Origin: Eledone cirrhosa
Lineage: Eukaryota
Reading direction: 5' to 3'
Assembly (NCBI GenBank): GCA_964016885.1
Contig: OZ024743.1
Coordinates: 207,824,001-207,888,000 of the forward strand
Length of the DNA stretch: 64,000 nt
The position numbers were made by a program, and so were the translations under genes. The notes below the pieces were generated by a model. It was not told the DNA's origin, searched no databases, and saw only the letters and a program-made list of their open reading frames with translations. Below, in pieces: positions 1-14,892 of this stretch; the first letter of the stretch is position 1, and each line of letters opens with the position of its first letter.

Positions 1-972
1 AGTTAGACCTCTGTCAGTTACAACAAGTGTTCAAGTTAGACCTCTGTCAGTTACAACAACAAGTGTTCAATTGAGACGTGTCAGTTACAACAAGTGTTCA
101 AGTTAGACCTCTGTCAGTTACAACAACAAGTGTTCAAGTTAGACCTCTGTCAGTTACAACAAGTGTTCAAGTTAGACCTCTCTCAGTTACAACAACAAGT
201 GTTCAAGTTAGACCTCTGTCAGTTACAACAACAAGTGTTCAAGTTAAACCTCTGTCAGTTACAACAAGTGTTCAAGTGAGACTTCTGTCAGTTACAACAA
301 GTGTTCAAGTTAGACCTCTGTCAGTTACAACAACAAGTGTTCAAGTTAGACCTCTGTCAGTTACAACAACAAGTGTTCAAGTTAGGCCTCTGTCAGTTAC
401 AACAGGTTGTTGTAACTGACAGAAGTCTCACTTGAACACAAGTGTTCAAGTTAGACCTCTGTCAGTTACAACAACAAGTGTTCAAGTGAGACTTCTGTCA
501 GTTACAACAAGTGTTCAAGTTAGACCTCTGTCAGTTACAACAACAAGTGTTCAAGTGAGACTTCTGTCAGTTACAACAACAAGTGTTCAAGTTAGACCTC
601 TGTCAGTTACAACAACAAGTGTTCAAGTTAGACCTCTGTCAATTACAACAACAAGTGTTCAAGTGAGACTTCTGTCAGTTACAACAAGTGTTCAAGTTAG
701 ACCTCTGTCAGTTACAACAACAAGTGTTCAAGTGAGACTTCTGTCAGTTACAACAACAAGTGTTCAAGTTAGACCTCTGTCAGTTACAACAACAAGTGTT
801 CAAGTTAGACCTCTGTCAATTACAACAACAAGTGTTCAAGTTAGACCTCTGTCAGTTACAACAACAAGTGTTCAAGTGAGACTTCTGTCAGATACAACAA
901 GTGTTTAAGTTAGACCTCTGTCAGTTACAACAACAAGTATTCAAGTTAGACCTCTGTCAGTTACAACAACAA
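1..972. repeat. 33/36-bp minisatellite (AGTTAGACCTCTGTCAGTTACAACA[ACA]AGTGTTCA), runs off window start
   Basis: Tandem units read directly; length variant is one extra CAA; one unit is inverted at 406-439. Confidence 0.97.
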
Positions 973-996
973 AATAGTCAATAAAAGAAAACTCAC

Positions 997-1040
997 CAAA
1001 AACACGCAGTTGTCTTTCATGATGGCATGCTCAATGATTC
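997..1040 (-). other. Candidate 44-nt spliced exon of an unidentified minus-strand gene
   Basis: Minus strand reads tttctgtttatcttccag|GAATC...TTTTTG|gtgagt (good acceptor, consensus donor); one frame is open (xIIEHAIMKDNCVFL); unique sequence among repeats. Confidence 0.5.
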
Positions 1041-1089
1041 CTGGAAGATAAACAGAAATATTACTGGTATTAAAAATAATTATAGTTTT

Positions 1090-2390
1090 CAACATAGGCA
1101 CACAGTTTCAGATTTTGGGGTGAGGGTATAGGCTATTATGTCAACCCCTGTACATGACTGGTACTTATTTTGAAGTGAGGGTATAAGCTATTATGTCAAC
1201 CCCTGTACATGACTGGTACTTATTTTTTCTACTCTGGAAGGATGAGAGGTAAAAACAATTCCAGCAGAATTTAAACACAGAACATCAAGATACTTAACTA
1301 TGTAAGGCATTTTGTCAGTCACCATACCAGTTCTGCCAATCCATCGTCCTCTAATTGGAAATGATATTAAATAATACAGATTCAGGTTTTTTAAATATTT
1401 TTATATAATTTATAAAAGCAACGAAAATAATTTTCATAAATTGGACTTAAAACAGGAAAAAAGAAAAAATCGATGGCTTTGAGCCAAAATTAGAAGCTAT
1501 TATTATAATACACAAAAGGGCAGTGAATTGGCAGAATTGGTAGAGCTTTGGACAACATGCTTCATGTTCTGAGGCTAGCTTTACCTTTCATCCTTACAGG
1601 GTCAATAAAATAAAGTACCAGTAACATGCACTGGGGCTGATTTAATTGACTAACCCTCCTCCTCCAAAAAAAAAAAAAATTGGTTGGCCTTGGGCCTAGT
1701 TCAAAAACAATTATTATAAAATATAAAAAAATCAGTGGATTGGCAGTAATCGGTAGAGAGTCGGACGGCAACATGCTGTGCGACATGTAGTTACAGCCCT
1801 TTATATTCTGAATAAATCCAGCCAAAATTAGATTTGCCTTTCATCATTTTAGAATCAATAAAATAAAGTACCAGTAACAAACTGGTGTTGATTTAATCGA
1901 TTCCACCCACTTCCCTTCAAATTTCTGGCCTTGTGCTAAATGTAGGAACAATTATTATCAAATACATAAGGACTGTGGATTGGCAGTAATTGGTAGAGCA
2001 TCAGACTTTGTGGCATTTAGTTACAGCCCATTATATTCTGAGTTCAAGTACTACCAAGGATAAAGTACCAGTAACAAACTAGGGACTGAATTAATCAACT
2101 TTCCTCTTCCCTTCAAATTGCTGGCCTTGTGCCAAAAATAGAAACAATTATAAAATACAAATGGAAAAGGGAAGTAAAATGAAATAATTTCAAGAGAATC
2201 CCTTTAAACTGACACCCCACCAAATAATAATAATGGTTTCTGATTTAGGTATGAGGTCAACAAATATGAGGGGAAGGGAAAGTTGATTAAATTGACCCTT
2301 GTGTGGTATTGGTACTTTATTTTATCAACTCTATATGGATGAAAGACAAAGCTAATCTTGGCGAGATTTGAACTCAGAACGTAAAGGATT
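1090..2390. mobile_element. Cluster of tRNA-derived SINE family A copies: minus ~1090-1345, three plus ~1525-2150, minus ~2240-2390
   Basis: Recurring GGATTGGCAG..TGGTAGAGC head, GTTCAA B-box-like motif, CCTTTCATCC..ATAAAATAAAGTACCAG core and GGCCTTGTGCC tail; matches the copy at 57057-57245. Confidence 0.85.
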
Positions 2391-4955
2391 GTGAATATAT
2401 ACCACAGAGCATGTAGCCTGATACTACTACTAATTGTGAATATATACCACAAAGCATGTAGCCTGATACTACTACTAATTGTGAATATATACCACAGAGC
2501 ATGTAGCCTGATACTACTACTAATTGTGAATATATACCACAGAGCATGTAGCCTGATGCTACTAATAATAATTGTGAATATATACCACAAAGCATGTAGC
2601 CTGATACTACTACTAATTGTGAATATATACCACAGAGCATGTAGCCTGATACTACTACTAATTGTGAATATATACCAAAAAGCATGTAGCCTGATACTAC
2701 TAATAATTGTGAATATATACCACAAAGCATGTAGCCTGATACTACTAATAATTGTGAATATATACCACAAAGCATGTAGCCTGATACTACTACTAATTGT
2801 GAATATATACCACAAAGCATGTAGCCTGATACTACTACTAATTGTGAATATATACCACAAAGCATGTAGCCTGATACTACTACTAATTGTGAATATATAC
2901 CACAAAGCATGTAGCCTGATACTACTAATAATTGTGAATATATACCACAAAGCATGTAGCCTGATACTACTACTAATTGTGAATATATACCACAAAGCAT
3001 GTAGCCTGATACTACTACTAATTGTGAATATATACCACAAAGCATGTAGCCTGATACTACTACTAATTGTGAATATATACCACAAAGCATGTAGCCTGAT
3101 ACTACTAATAATTGTGAATATATACCACAAAGCATGTAGCCTGATACTACTAATAATTGTGAATATATACCACAAAGCATGTAGCCTGATACTACTACTA
3201 ATTGTGAATATATACCACAAAGCATGTAGCCTGATACTAATAATAATTGTGAATATATACCACAGAGCATGTAGCCTGATACTAATAATAATTGTGAATA
3301 TATATCACAGAGCATGTAGCCTGATACTACTAATAATTGTGAATATATTCCACAAAGCATGTAGCCTGATACTACTAATAATTGTGAATATATACCACAA
3401 AGCATGTAGCCTGATACTACTAATAATTGTGAATATATATCACAGAGCATGTAGCCTGATACTACTAATAATTGTGAATATATTCCACAAAGCATGTAGC
3501 CTGATACTACTACTAATTGTGAGTATATACCACAAAGCATGTAGCCTGATACTACTAATAATTGTGAATATATACCACAAAGCATGTAGCCTGATACTAC
3601 TAATAATTGTGAATATATACCACAAAGCATGTAGCCTGATACTACTACTAATTGTGAATATATACCACAAAGCATGTAGCCTGATACTACTAATAATTGT
3701 GAATATATACCACAGAGCATGTAGCCTGATACTACTAGTAATTGTGAATATATTCCACAAAGCATGTAGCCTGATACTACTAATAATTGTGAATATATAC
3801 CACAAAGCATGTAGCCTGATACTACTACTAATTGTGAATATATACCACAAAGCATGTAGCCTGATACTACTAATAATTGTGAATATATACCACAGAGCAT
3901 GTAGCCTGATACTACTAGTAATTGTGAATATATTCCACAAAGCATGTAGCCTGATACTACTACTAATTGTGAATATATACCACAGAGCATGTAGCCTGAT
4001 ACTACTAATAATTGTGAATATATACCACAAAGCATGTAGCCTGATACTACTACTAATTGTGAATATATACCACAAAGCATGTAGCCTGATGCTACTAATA
4101 ATAGTGAATATATACCACAAAGCATGTAGCCTGATACTACTACTAATTGTGAATATATACCACAGAGCATGTAGCCTGATACTACTACTAATTGTGAATA
4201 TATACCACAGAGCATGTAGCCTGATACTACTACTAATTGTGAATATATACCACAGAGCATGTAGCCTGATACTACTAATAATTGTGAATATATACCACAG
4301 AGCATGTAGCCTGATACTACTAATAATTGTGAATATATACCACAAAGCATGTAGCCTGATACTACTACTAATTGTGAATATATACCACAAAGCATGTAGT
4401 CTGATACTACTACTAATTGTGAATATATACCACAAAGCATGTAGCCTGATGCTACTACTAATTGTGAATATATACCACAGAGCATGTAGCCTGATACTAC
4501 TAATAATTGTGAATATATACCACAAAGCATGTAGCCTGATACTACTACTAATTGTGAATATATACCACAGAGCATGTAGCCTGATACTACTAATAATTGT
4601 GAATATATACCACAAAGCATGTAGCCTGATACTACTACTAATTGTGAATATATACCACAGAGCATGTAGCCTGATACTACTACTAATTGTGAATATATAC
4701 CACAAAGCATGTAGCCTGATACTACTAATAATTGTGAATATATACCACAAAGCATGTAGCCTGATACTACTAATAATAGTGAATATATACCACAGAGCAT
4801 GTAGCCTGATACTACTAATAATTGTGAATATATACCACAAAGCATGTAGCCTGATACTACTAATAATTGTGAATATATACCACAAAGCATGTAGCCTGAT
4901 ACTACTACTAATTGTGAGTATATACCACAGAGCATGTAGCCTGATACTAATAATA
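2388..4955. repeat. 45-bp satellite, ~57 copies (ATTGTGAATATATACCACAAAGCATGTAGCCTGATACTACTA(C/A)TA)
   Basis: Direct tandem periodicity; continuous with a minus-strand SINE at its left end. Confidence 0.98.
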
Positions 4956-4995
4956 ATGAGTATAAAGAAAGTGCTCAAGTGCAGAAATACTATAT

Positions 4996-5167
4996 AGATA
5001 GCTTATAAAATAGGGTGAAGACCCTTAAAAGACAGAGAAGAAGTTGCCATCGGTTGTTATGAGGAATTGAACCCCATATCTTCCAGGGGGTTCAATTCCT
5101 CATAGCGGCTGTTGCCAACTTCTTTTTCCGTCATTTAAGGGTATTTGCCCTATTTTATAAGCTATCT
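4996..5167. mobile_element. ~170-bp near-palindromic (foldback) MITE-like element
   Basis: AGATAGCTTATAAAATAGGG...CCCTATTTTATAAGCTATCT termini; arms pair inward to GAGGAATTGAACCCC/GGGGTTCAATTCCTC. Confidence 0.75.
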
Positions 5168-5231
5168 TTATACTTATATGTATATATATTCTCAGTGCTT
5201 CAAAAGCCAAAAATTCGGCTTCGTACATTGT

Positions 5232-8200
5232 TTAACTTTTTAGCATTTAGATTTATTCTATATTTACTATTATATTTTCATGGTAAAGGGTTTATCTCAC
5301 ATAACATTTCCATTACACTATATTTACTATTATATTTTCATGGTAAAGGGTTTACCTCACATAACATTTCCATTACACTATATTTACTATTATATTTTCA
5401 CAGTAAAGGGTTTATCTCACATAACATTTCCATTACACTATATTTACTATTATATTTTCATGGTAAAGGGTTTATCTCACATAACATTTCCATTACACTA
5501 TATTTACTATTATATTTTCATGGTAAAGGGTTTATCTCACATAACATTTCCATTACACTATATTTACTATTATATTTTCATGGTAAAGGGTTTATCTCAC
5601 ATAACATTTCCATTACACTATATTTACTATTATATTTTCATGGTAAAGGGTTTATCTCACATAACATTTCCATTACACTATATTTACTATTATATTTTCA
5701 TGGTAAAGGGTTTATCTCACATAACATTTCCATTACACTATATTTACTATTATATTTTCATGGTAAAGGGTTTATCTCACATAACATTTCCATTACACTA
5801 TATTTACTATTATATTTTCATGGTAAAGGGTTTATCTCACATAACATTTCCATTACACTATATTTACTATTATATTTTCACAGTAAAGGGTTTATCTCAC
5901 ATAACATTTCCATTACACTATATTTACTATTATATTTTCATGGTAAAGGGTTTATCTCACATAACATTTCCATTACACTATATATACTATTATATTTTCA
6001 TGGTAAAGGGTTTATCTGACATAACATTTCCATTACACTATATATACTATTATATTTTCATGGTAAAGGGTTTATCTCACATAACATTTCCATTACACTA
6101 TATTTACTATTATATTTTCATGGTAAAGGGTTTATCTCACATAACATTTCCATTACACTATATTTACTATTAAATTTTCATGGTAAAGGGTTTACCTCAC
6201 ATAACATTTCCATTACACTATATTTACTATTATATTTTCACAGTAAAGGGTTTATCTCACATAACATTTCCATTACACTATATTTACTATTATATTTTCA
6301 CAGTAAAGGGTTTATCTCACATAACATTTCCATTACACTATATTTACTATTATATTTTCATGGTAAAGGGTTTATCTCACATAACATTTCCATTACACTA
6401 TATTTACTATTATATTTTCATGGTAAAGGGTTTATCTCGCATAACATTTCCATTACACTATATTTACTATTATATTTTCATGGTAAAGGGTTTATCTCAC
6501 ATAACATTTCCATTACACTATATTTACTATTATATTTTCATGGTAAAGGGTTTATCTCACATAACATTTCCATTACACTATATTTACTATTATATTTTCA
6601 TGGTAAAGGGTTTATCTCACATAACATTTCCATTACACTATATATACTATTATATTTTCATGGTAAAGGGTTTATCTCACATAACATTTCCATTACACTA
6701 TATTTACTATTATATTTTCACAGTAAAGGGTTTATCTCACATAACATTTCCATTACACTATATTTACTATTAAATTTTCATGGTAAAGGGTTTACCTCAC
6801 ATAACATTTCCATTACACTATATTTACTATTATATTTTCACAGTAAAGGGTTTATCTCACATAACATTTCCATTACACTATATATACTATTATATTTTCA
6901 CAGTAAAGGGTTTATCTCACATAACATCTCCATTACACTATATTTACTATTATATTTTCATGGTAAAGGGTTTATCTCACATAACATTTCCATTACACTA
7001 TATATACTATTATATTTTCACAGTAAAGGGTTTATCTCACATAACATTTCCATTACACTATATTTACTATTATATTTTCATGGTAAAGGGTTTACCTCAC
7101 ATAACATTTCCATTACACTATATTTACTATTATATTTTCATGGTAAAGGGTTTACCTCACATAACATTTCCATTACACTATATTTACTATTATATTTTCA
7201 TGGTAAAGGGTTTACCTCGCATAACATTTCCATTACACTATATTTACTATTATATTTTCATGGTAAAGGGTTTATCTCACATAACATTTCCATTACACTA
7301 TATTTACTATTATATTTTCATGGTAAAGGGTTTATCTCACATAACATTTCCATTACACTATATTTACTATTGTATTTTCACAGTAAAGGGTTTATCTCAC
7401 ATAACATTTCCATTACACTATATTTACTATTATATTTTCATGGTAAAGGGTTTATCTCACATAACATTTCCATTACACTATATTTACTATTATATTTTCA
7501 CAGTAAAGGGTTTATCTCACATAACATTTCCATTACACTATATTTACTATTATATTTTCATGGTAAAGGGTTTATCTCACATAACATTTCCATTACACTA
7601 TATTTACTATTATATTTTCATGGTAAAGGGTTTATCTCACATAACATTTCCATTACACTATATTTACTATTATATTTTCATGGTAAAGGGTTTATCTCAC
7701 ATAACATTTCCATTACACTATATTTACTATTATATTTTCATGGTAAAGGGTTTATCTCACATAACATTTCCATTACACTATATTTACTATTATATTTTCA
7801 TGGTAAAGGGTTTATCTCACATAACATTTCCATTACACTATATTTACTATTATATTTTCATGGTAAAGGGTTTATCTCACATAACATTTCCATTACACTA
7901 TATTTACTATTATATTTTCATGGTAAAGGGTTTATCTCACATAACATTTCCATTACACTATATTTACTATTATATTTTCACAGTAAAGGGTTTATCTCAC
8001 ATAACATTTCCATTACACTATATTTACTATTATATTTTCATGGTAAAGGGTTTATCTCACATAACATTTCCATTACACTATATATACTATTATATTTTCA
8101 TGGTAAAGGGTTTATCTGACATAACATTTCCATTACACTATATATACTATTATATTTTCATGGTAAAGGGTTTATCTCACATAACATTTCCATTACACTA

Positions 8201-11200
8201 TATTTACTATTATATTTTCATGGTAAAGGGTTTATCTCACATAACATTTCCATTACACTATATTTACTATTAAATTTTCATGGTAAAGGGTTTACCTCAC
8301 ATAACATTTCCATTACACTATATTTACTATTATATTTTCACAGTAAAGGGTTTATCTCACATAACATTTCCATTACACTATATTTACTATTATATTTTCA
8401 CAGTAAAGGGTTTATCTCACATAACATTTCCATTACACTATATTTACTATTATATTTTCATGGTAAAGGGTTTATCTCACATAACATTTCCATTACACTA
8501 TATTTACTATTATATTTTCATGGTAAAGGGTTTATCTCGCATAACATTTCCATTACACTATATTTACTATTATATTTTCATGGTAAAGGGTTTATCTCAC
8601 ATAACATTTCCATTACACTATATTTACTATTATATTTTCATGGTAAAGGGTTTATCTCACATAACATTTCCATTACACTATATTTACTATTATATTTTCA
8701 TGGTAAAGGGTTTATCTCACATAACATTTCCATTACACTATATATACTATTATATTTTCATGGTAAAGGGTTTATCTCACATAACATTTCCATTACACTA
8801 TATTTACTATTATATTTTCACAGTAAAGGGTTTATCTCACATAACATTTCCATTACACTATATTTACTATTAAATTTTCATGGTAAAGGGTTTACCTCAC
8901 ATAACATTTCCATTACACTATATTTACTATTATATTTTCACAGTAAAGGGTTTATCTCACATAACATTTCCATTACACTATATATACTATTATATTTTCA
9001 CAGTAAAGGGTTTATCTCACATAACATCTCCATTACACTATATTTACTATTATATTTTCATGGTAAAGGGTTTATCTCACATAACATTTCCATTACACTA
9101 TATATACTATTATATTTTCACAGTAAAGGGTTTATCTCACATAACATTTCCATTACACTATATTTACTATTATATTTTCATGGTAAAGGGTTTACCTCAC
9201 ATAACATTTCCATTACACTATATTTACTATTATATTTTCACAGTAAAGGGTTTATCTCACATAACATTTCCATTACACTATATATACTATTATATTTTCA
9301 CAGTAAAGGGTTTATCTCACATAACATTTCCATTACACTATATTTACTATTATATTTTCATGGTAAAGGGTTTACCTCACATAACATTTCCATTACACTA
9401 TATTTACTATTATATTTTCATGGTAAAGGGTTTATCTCACATAACATTTCCATTACACTATATTTACTATTATATTTTCACAGTAAAGGGTTTATCTCAC
9501 ATAACATTTCCATTACACTATATTTACTATTATATTTTCATGGTAAAGGGTTTACCTCACATAACATTTCCATTACACTATATTTACTATTATATTTTCA
9601 TGGTAAAGGGTTTATCTCACATAACATTTCCATTACACTATATTTACTATTATATTTTCATGGTAAAGGGTTTATCTCACATAACATTTCCATTACACTA
9701 TATTTACTATTATATTTTCATGGTAAAGGGTTTATCTCACATAACATTTCCATTACACTATATTTACTATTATATTTTCATGGTAAAGGGTTTACCTCAC
9801 ATAACATTTCCATTACACTATATTTACTATTATATTTTCATGGTAAAGGGTTTACCTCACATAGCATTTCCATTACACTATATTTACTATTATATTTTCA
9901 TGGTAAAGGGTTTACCTCACATAACATTTCCATTACACTATATTTACTATTATATTTTCATGGTAAAGGGTTTATCTCACATAACATTTCCATTACACTA
10001 TATTTACTATTATATTTTCATGGTAAAGGGTTTATCTCACATAACATTTCCATTACACTATATTTACTATTATATTTTCATGGTAAAGGGTTTATCTCAC
10101 ATAACATTTCCATTACACTATATTTACTATTATATTTTCATGGTAAAGGGTTTACCTCACATAACATTTCCATTACACTATATTTACTATTATATTTTCA
10201 TGGTAAAGGGTTTACCTCACATAACATTTCCATTACACTATATTTACTATTATATTTTCATGGTAAAGGGTTTATCTCACATAACATTTCCATTACACTA
10301 TATTTACTATTATATTTTCATGGTAAAGGGTTTATCTCACATAACATTTCCATTACACTATATTTACTATTATATTTTCATGGTAAAGGGTTTACCTCGC
10401 ATAACATTTCCATTACACTATATTTACTATTATATTTTCATGGTAAAGGGTTTATCTCACATAACATTTCCATTACACTATATTTACTATTATATTTTCA
10501 TGGTAAAGGGTTTATCTCACATAACATTTCCATTACACTATATTTACTATTGTATTTTCACAGTAAAGGGTTTATCTCACATAACATTTCCATTACACTA
10601 TATTTACTATTATATTTTCATGGTAAAGGGTTTATCTCACATAACATTTCCATTACACTATATTTACTATTATATTTTCACAGTAAAGGGTTTATCTCAC
10701 ATAACATTTCCATTACACTATATTTACTATTATATTTTCATGGTAAAGGGTTTATCTCACATAACATTTCCATTACACTATATTTACTATTATATTTTCA
10801 TGGTAAAGGGTTTATCTCACATAACATTTCCATTACACTATATTTACTATTATATTTTCATGGTAAAGGGTTTATCTCACATAACATTTCCATTACACTA
10901 TATTTACTATTATATTTTCATGGTAAAGGGTTTATCTCACATAACATTTCCATTACACTATATTTACTATTATATTTTCATGGTAAAGGGTTTATCTCAC
11001 ATAACATTTCCATTACACTATATTTACTATTATATTTTCATGGTAAAGGGTTTATCTCACATAACATTTCCATTACACTATATTTACTATTATATTTTCA
11101 TGGTAAAGGGTTTATCTCACATAACATTTCCATTACACTATATTTACTATTATATTTTCACAGTAAAGGGTTTATCTCACATAACATTTCCATTACACTA

Positions 11201-14200
11201 TATTTACTATTATATTTTCATGGTAAAGGGTTTATCTCACATAACATTTCCATTACACTATATATACTATTATATTTTCATGGTAAAGGGTTTATCTGAC
11301 ATAACATTTCCATTACACTATATATACTATTATATTTTCATGGTAAAGGGTTTATCTCACATAACATTTCCATTACACTATATTTACTATTATATTTTCA
11401 TGGTAAAGGGTTTATCTCACATAACATTTCCATTACACTATATTTACTATTAAATTTTCATGGTAAAGGGTTTACCTCACATAACATTTCCATTACACTA
11501 TATTTACTATTATATTTTCACAGTAAAGGGTTTATCTCACATAACATTTCCATTACACTATATTTACTATTATATTTTCACAGTAAAGGGTTTATCTCAC
11601 ATAACATTTCCATTACACTATATTTACTATTATATTTTCATGGTAAAGGGTTTATCTCACATAACATTTCCATTACACTATATTTACTATTATATTTTCA
11701 TGGTAAAGGGTTTATCTCGCATAACATTTCCATTACACTATATTTACTATTATATTTTCATGGTAAAGGGTTTATCTCACATAACATTTCCATTACACTA
11801 TATTTACTATTATATTTTCATGGTAAAGGGTTTATCTCACATAACATTTCCATTACACTATATTTACTATTATATTTTCATGGTAAAGGGTTTATCTCAC
11901 ATAACATTTCCATTACACTATATATACTATTATATTTTCATGGTAAAGGGTTTATCTCACATAACATTTCCATTACACTATATTTACTATTATATTTTCA
12001 CAGTAAAGGGTTTATCTCACATAACATTTCCATTACACTATATTTACTATTAAATTTTCATGGTAAAGGGTTTACCTCACATAACATTTCCATTACACTA
12101 TATTTACTATTATATTTTCACAGTAAAGGGTTTATCTCACATAACATTTCCATTACACTATATATACTATTATATTTTCACAGTAAAGGGTTTATCTCAC
12201 ATAACATCTCCATTACACTATATTTACTATTATATTTTCATGGTAAAGGGTTTATCTCACATAACATTTCCATTACACTATATATACTATTATATTTTCA
12301 CAGTAAAGGGTTTATCTCACATAACATTTCCATTACACTATATTTACTATTATATTTTCATGGTAAAGGGTTTACCTCACATAACATTTCCATTACACTA
12401 TATTTACTATTATATTTTCACAGTAAAGGGTTTATCTCACATAACATTTCCATTACACTATATATACTATTATATTTTCACAGTAAAGGGTTTATCTCAC
12501 ATAACATTTCCATTACACTATATTTACTATTATATTTTCATGGTAAAGGGTTTACCTCACATAACATTTCCATTACACTATATTTACTATTATATTTTCA
12601 TGGTAAAGGGTTTATCTCACATAACATTTCCATTACACTATATTTACTATTATATTTTCACAGTAAAGGGTTTATCTCACATAACATTTCCATTACACTA
12701 TATTTACTATTATATTTTCATGGTAAAGGGTTTACCTCACATAACATTTCCATTACACTATATTTACTATTATATTTTCATGGTAAAGGGTTTATCTCAC
12801 ATAACATTTCCATTACACTATATTTACTATTATATTTTCATGGTAAAGGGTTTATCTCACATAACATTTCCATTACACTATATTTACTATTATATTTTCA
12901 TGGTAAAGGGTTTATCTCACATAACATTTCCATTACACTATATTTACTATTATATTTTCATGGTAAAGGGTTTACCTCACATAACATTTCCATTACACTA
13001 TATTTACTATTATATTTTCATGGTAAAGGGTTTACCTCACATAGCATTTCCATTACACTATATTTACTATTATATTTTCATGGTAAAGGGTTTACCTCAC
13101 ATAACATTTCCATTACACTATATTTACTATTATATTTTCATGGTAAAGGGTTTATCTCACATAACATTTCCATTACACTATATTTACTATTATATTTTCA
13201 TGGTAAAGGGTTTATCTCACATAACATTTCCATTACACTATATTTACTATTATATTTTCATGGTAAAGGGTTTATCTCACATAACATTTCCATTACACTA
13301 TATTTACTATTATATTTTCATGGTAAAGGGTTTACCTCACATAACATTTCCATTACACTATATTTACTATTATATTTTCATGGTAAAGGGTTTACCTCAC
13401 ATAACATTTCCATTACACTATATTTACTATTATATTTTCATGGTAAAGGGTTTATCTCACATAACATTTCCATTACACTATATTTACTATTATATTTTCA
13501 TGGTAAAGGGTTTATCTCACATAACATTTCCATTACACTATATTTACTATTATATTTTCATGGTAAAGGGTTTATCTCACATAACATTTCCATTACACTA
13601 TATTTACTATTATATTTTCATGGTAAAGGGTTTACCTCACATAACATTTCCATTACACTATATATACTATTATATTTTCATGGTAAAGGGTTTATCTCAC
13701 ATAACATTTCCATTACTCTATATATACTATTATATTTTCACAGTAAAGGCTTTACCTCACATAACATTTCCATTACACTATATTTACTATTATATTTTCA
13801 TGGTAAAGGGTTTATCTCACATAACATTTCCATTACACTATATTTACTATTATATTTTCATGGTAAAGGGTTTATCTCACATAACATTTCCATTACACTA
13901 TATATACTATTATATTTTCATGGTAAAGGGTTTATCTCACAACATTTCCATTACACTATATTTACTATTATATTTTCATGGTAAAGGGTTTACCTCACAT
14001 AACATTTCCATTACACTATATATACTATTATATTTTCATGGTAAAGGGTTTACCTCACATAACATTTCCATTACACTATATTTACTATTATATTTTCATG
14101 GTAAAGGGTTTATCTCACATAACATTTCCATTACACTATATTTACTATTATATTTTCTTGGTAAAGGGTTTATCTCACATAACATTTCCATTACACTATA

Positions 14201-14746
14201 TATACTATTATATTTTCACAGTAAAGGGTTTATCTCACATAACATTTCCATTACACTATATTTACTATTATATTTTCATGGTAAAGGGTTTACCTCACAT
14301 AACATTTCCATTACACTATATATACTATTATATTTTCATGGTAAAGGGTTTACCTCACATAACATTTCCATTACACTATATTTACTATTATATTTTCATG
14401 GTAAAGGGTTTATCTCACATAACATTTCCATTACACTATATTTACTATTATATTTTCATGGTAAAGGGTTTATCTCACATAACATTTCCATTACACTATA
14501 TTTACTATTATATTTTCACAGTAAAGGGTTTATCTCACATAACATTTCCATTACACTATATTTACTATTATATTTTCACAGTAAAGGCTTTACCTCACAT
14601 AATATCGAATCAATGAGATTTTGATATTATTTATTTTGAGAACAATACTTTAACATCAGTATGAGCAGCCAGTTACAGCCGGTTTGAACAGAAAGAGGTG
14701 AGAGAATTCTGGCCAGATATGGCCGGTTTAAATGCCAAAGGGTTAA
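5232..14746. mobile_element. TTAA-flanked (piggyBac-type) MITE expanded by an internal satellite
   Basis: Left end TTAA-CTTTTTAGCATTT, right end AATGCCAAAGGG-TTAA; 14600-14746 aligns with the ~200-bp element at 35345-35548. Confidence 0.75.
5255..14601. repeat. 60-bp satellite, ~155 copies, with higher-order structure
   Basis: Unit TGGTAAAGGGTTTATCTCACATAACATTTCCATTACACTATATTTACTATTATATTTTCA; diagnostic variants recur at 2100- and 3180-bp spacing. Confidence 0.99.
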
Positions 14747-14892
14747 ATTATTGTTTCTACTTTTGGCACAAGGCCGGCAATTACTGGTACTTTATTTTAT
14801 CGACCCCGTAAGGATGAAAGGCAGTACCAGTAATGTTAATGTTAAATAATAATAATAATTGAAATATATATATATATAATGTAAAAATAAAC

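Noticed and set aside
2388-14601. CRISPR-like appearance of regular arrays
   Set aside because: No unique spacers, no cas genes, eukaryotic context
78-14624. Long repetitive ORFs (up to 868 aa) in the ORF track
   Set aside because: Unit lengths 33/36, 45 and 60 are multiples of 3 and stop-free in several frames at once; the 45- and 60-bp monomers derive from non-coding TE sequence; variants introduce stops freely
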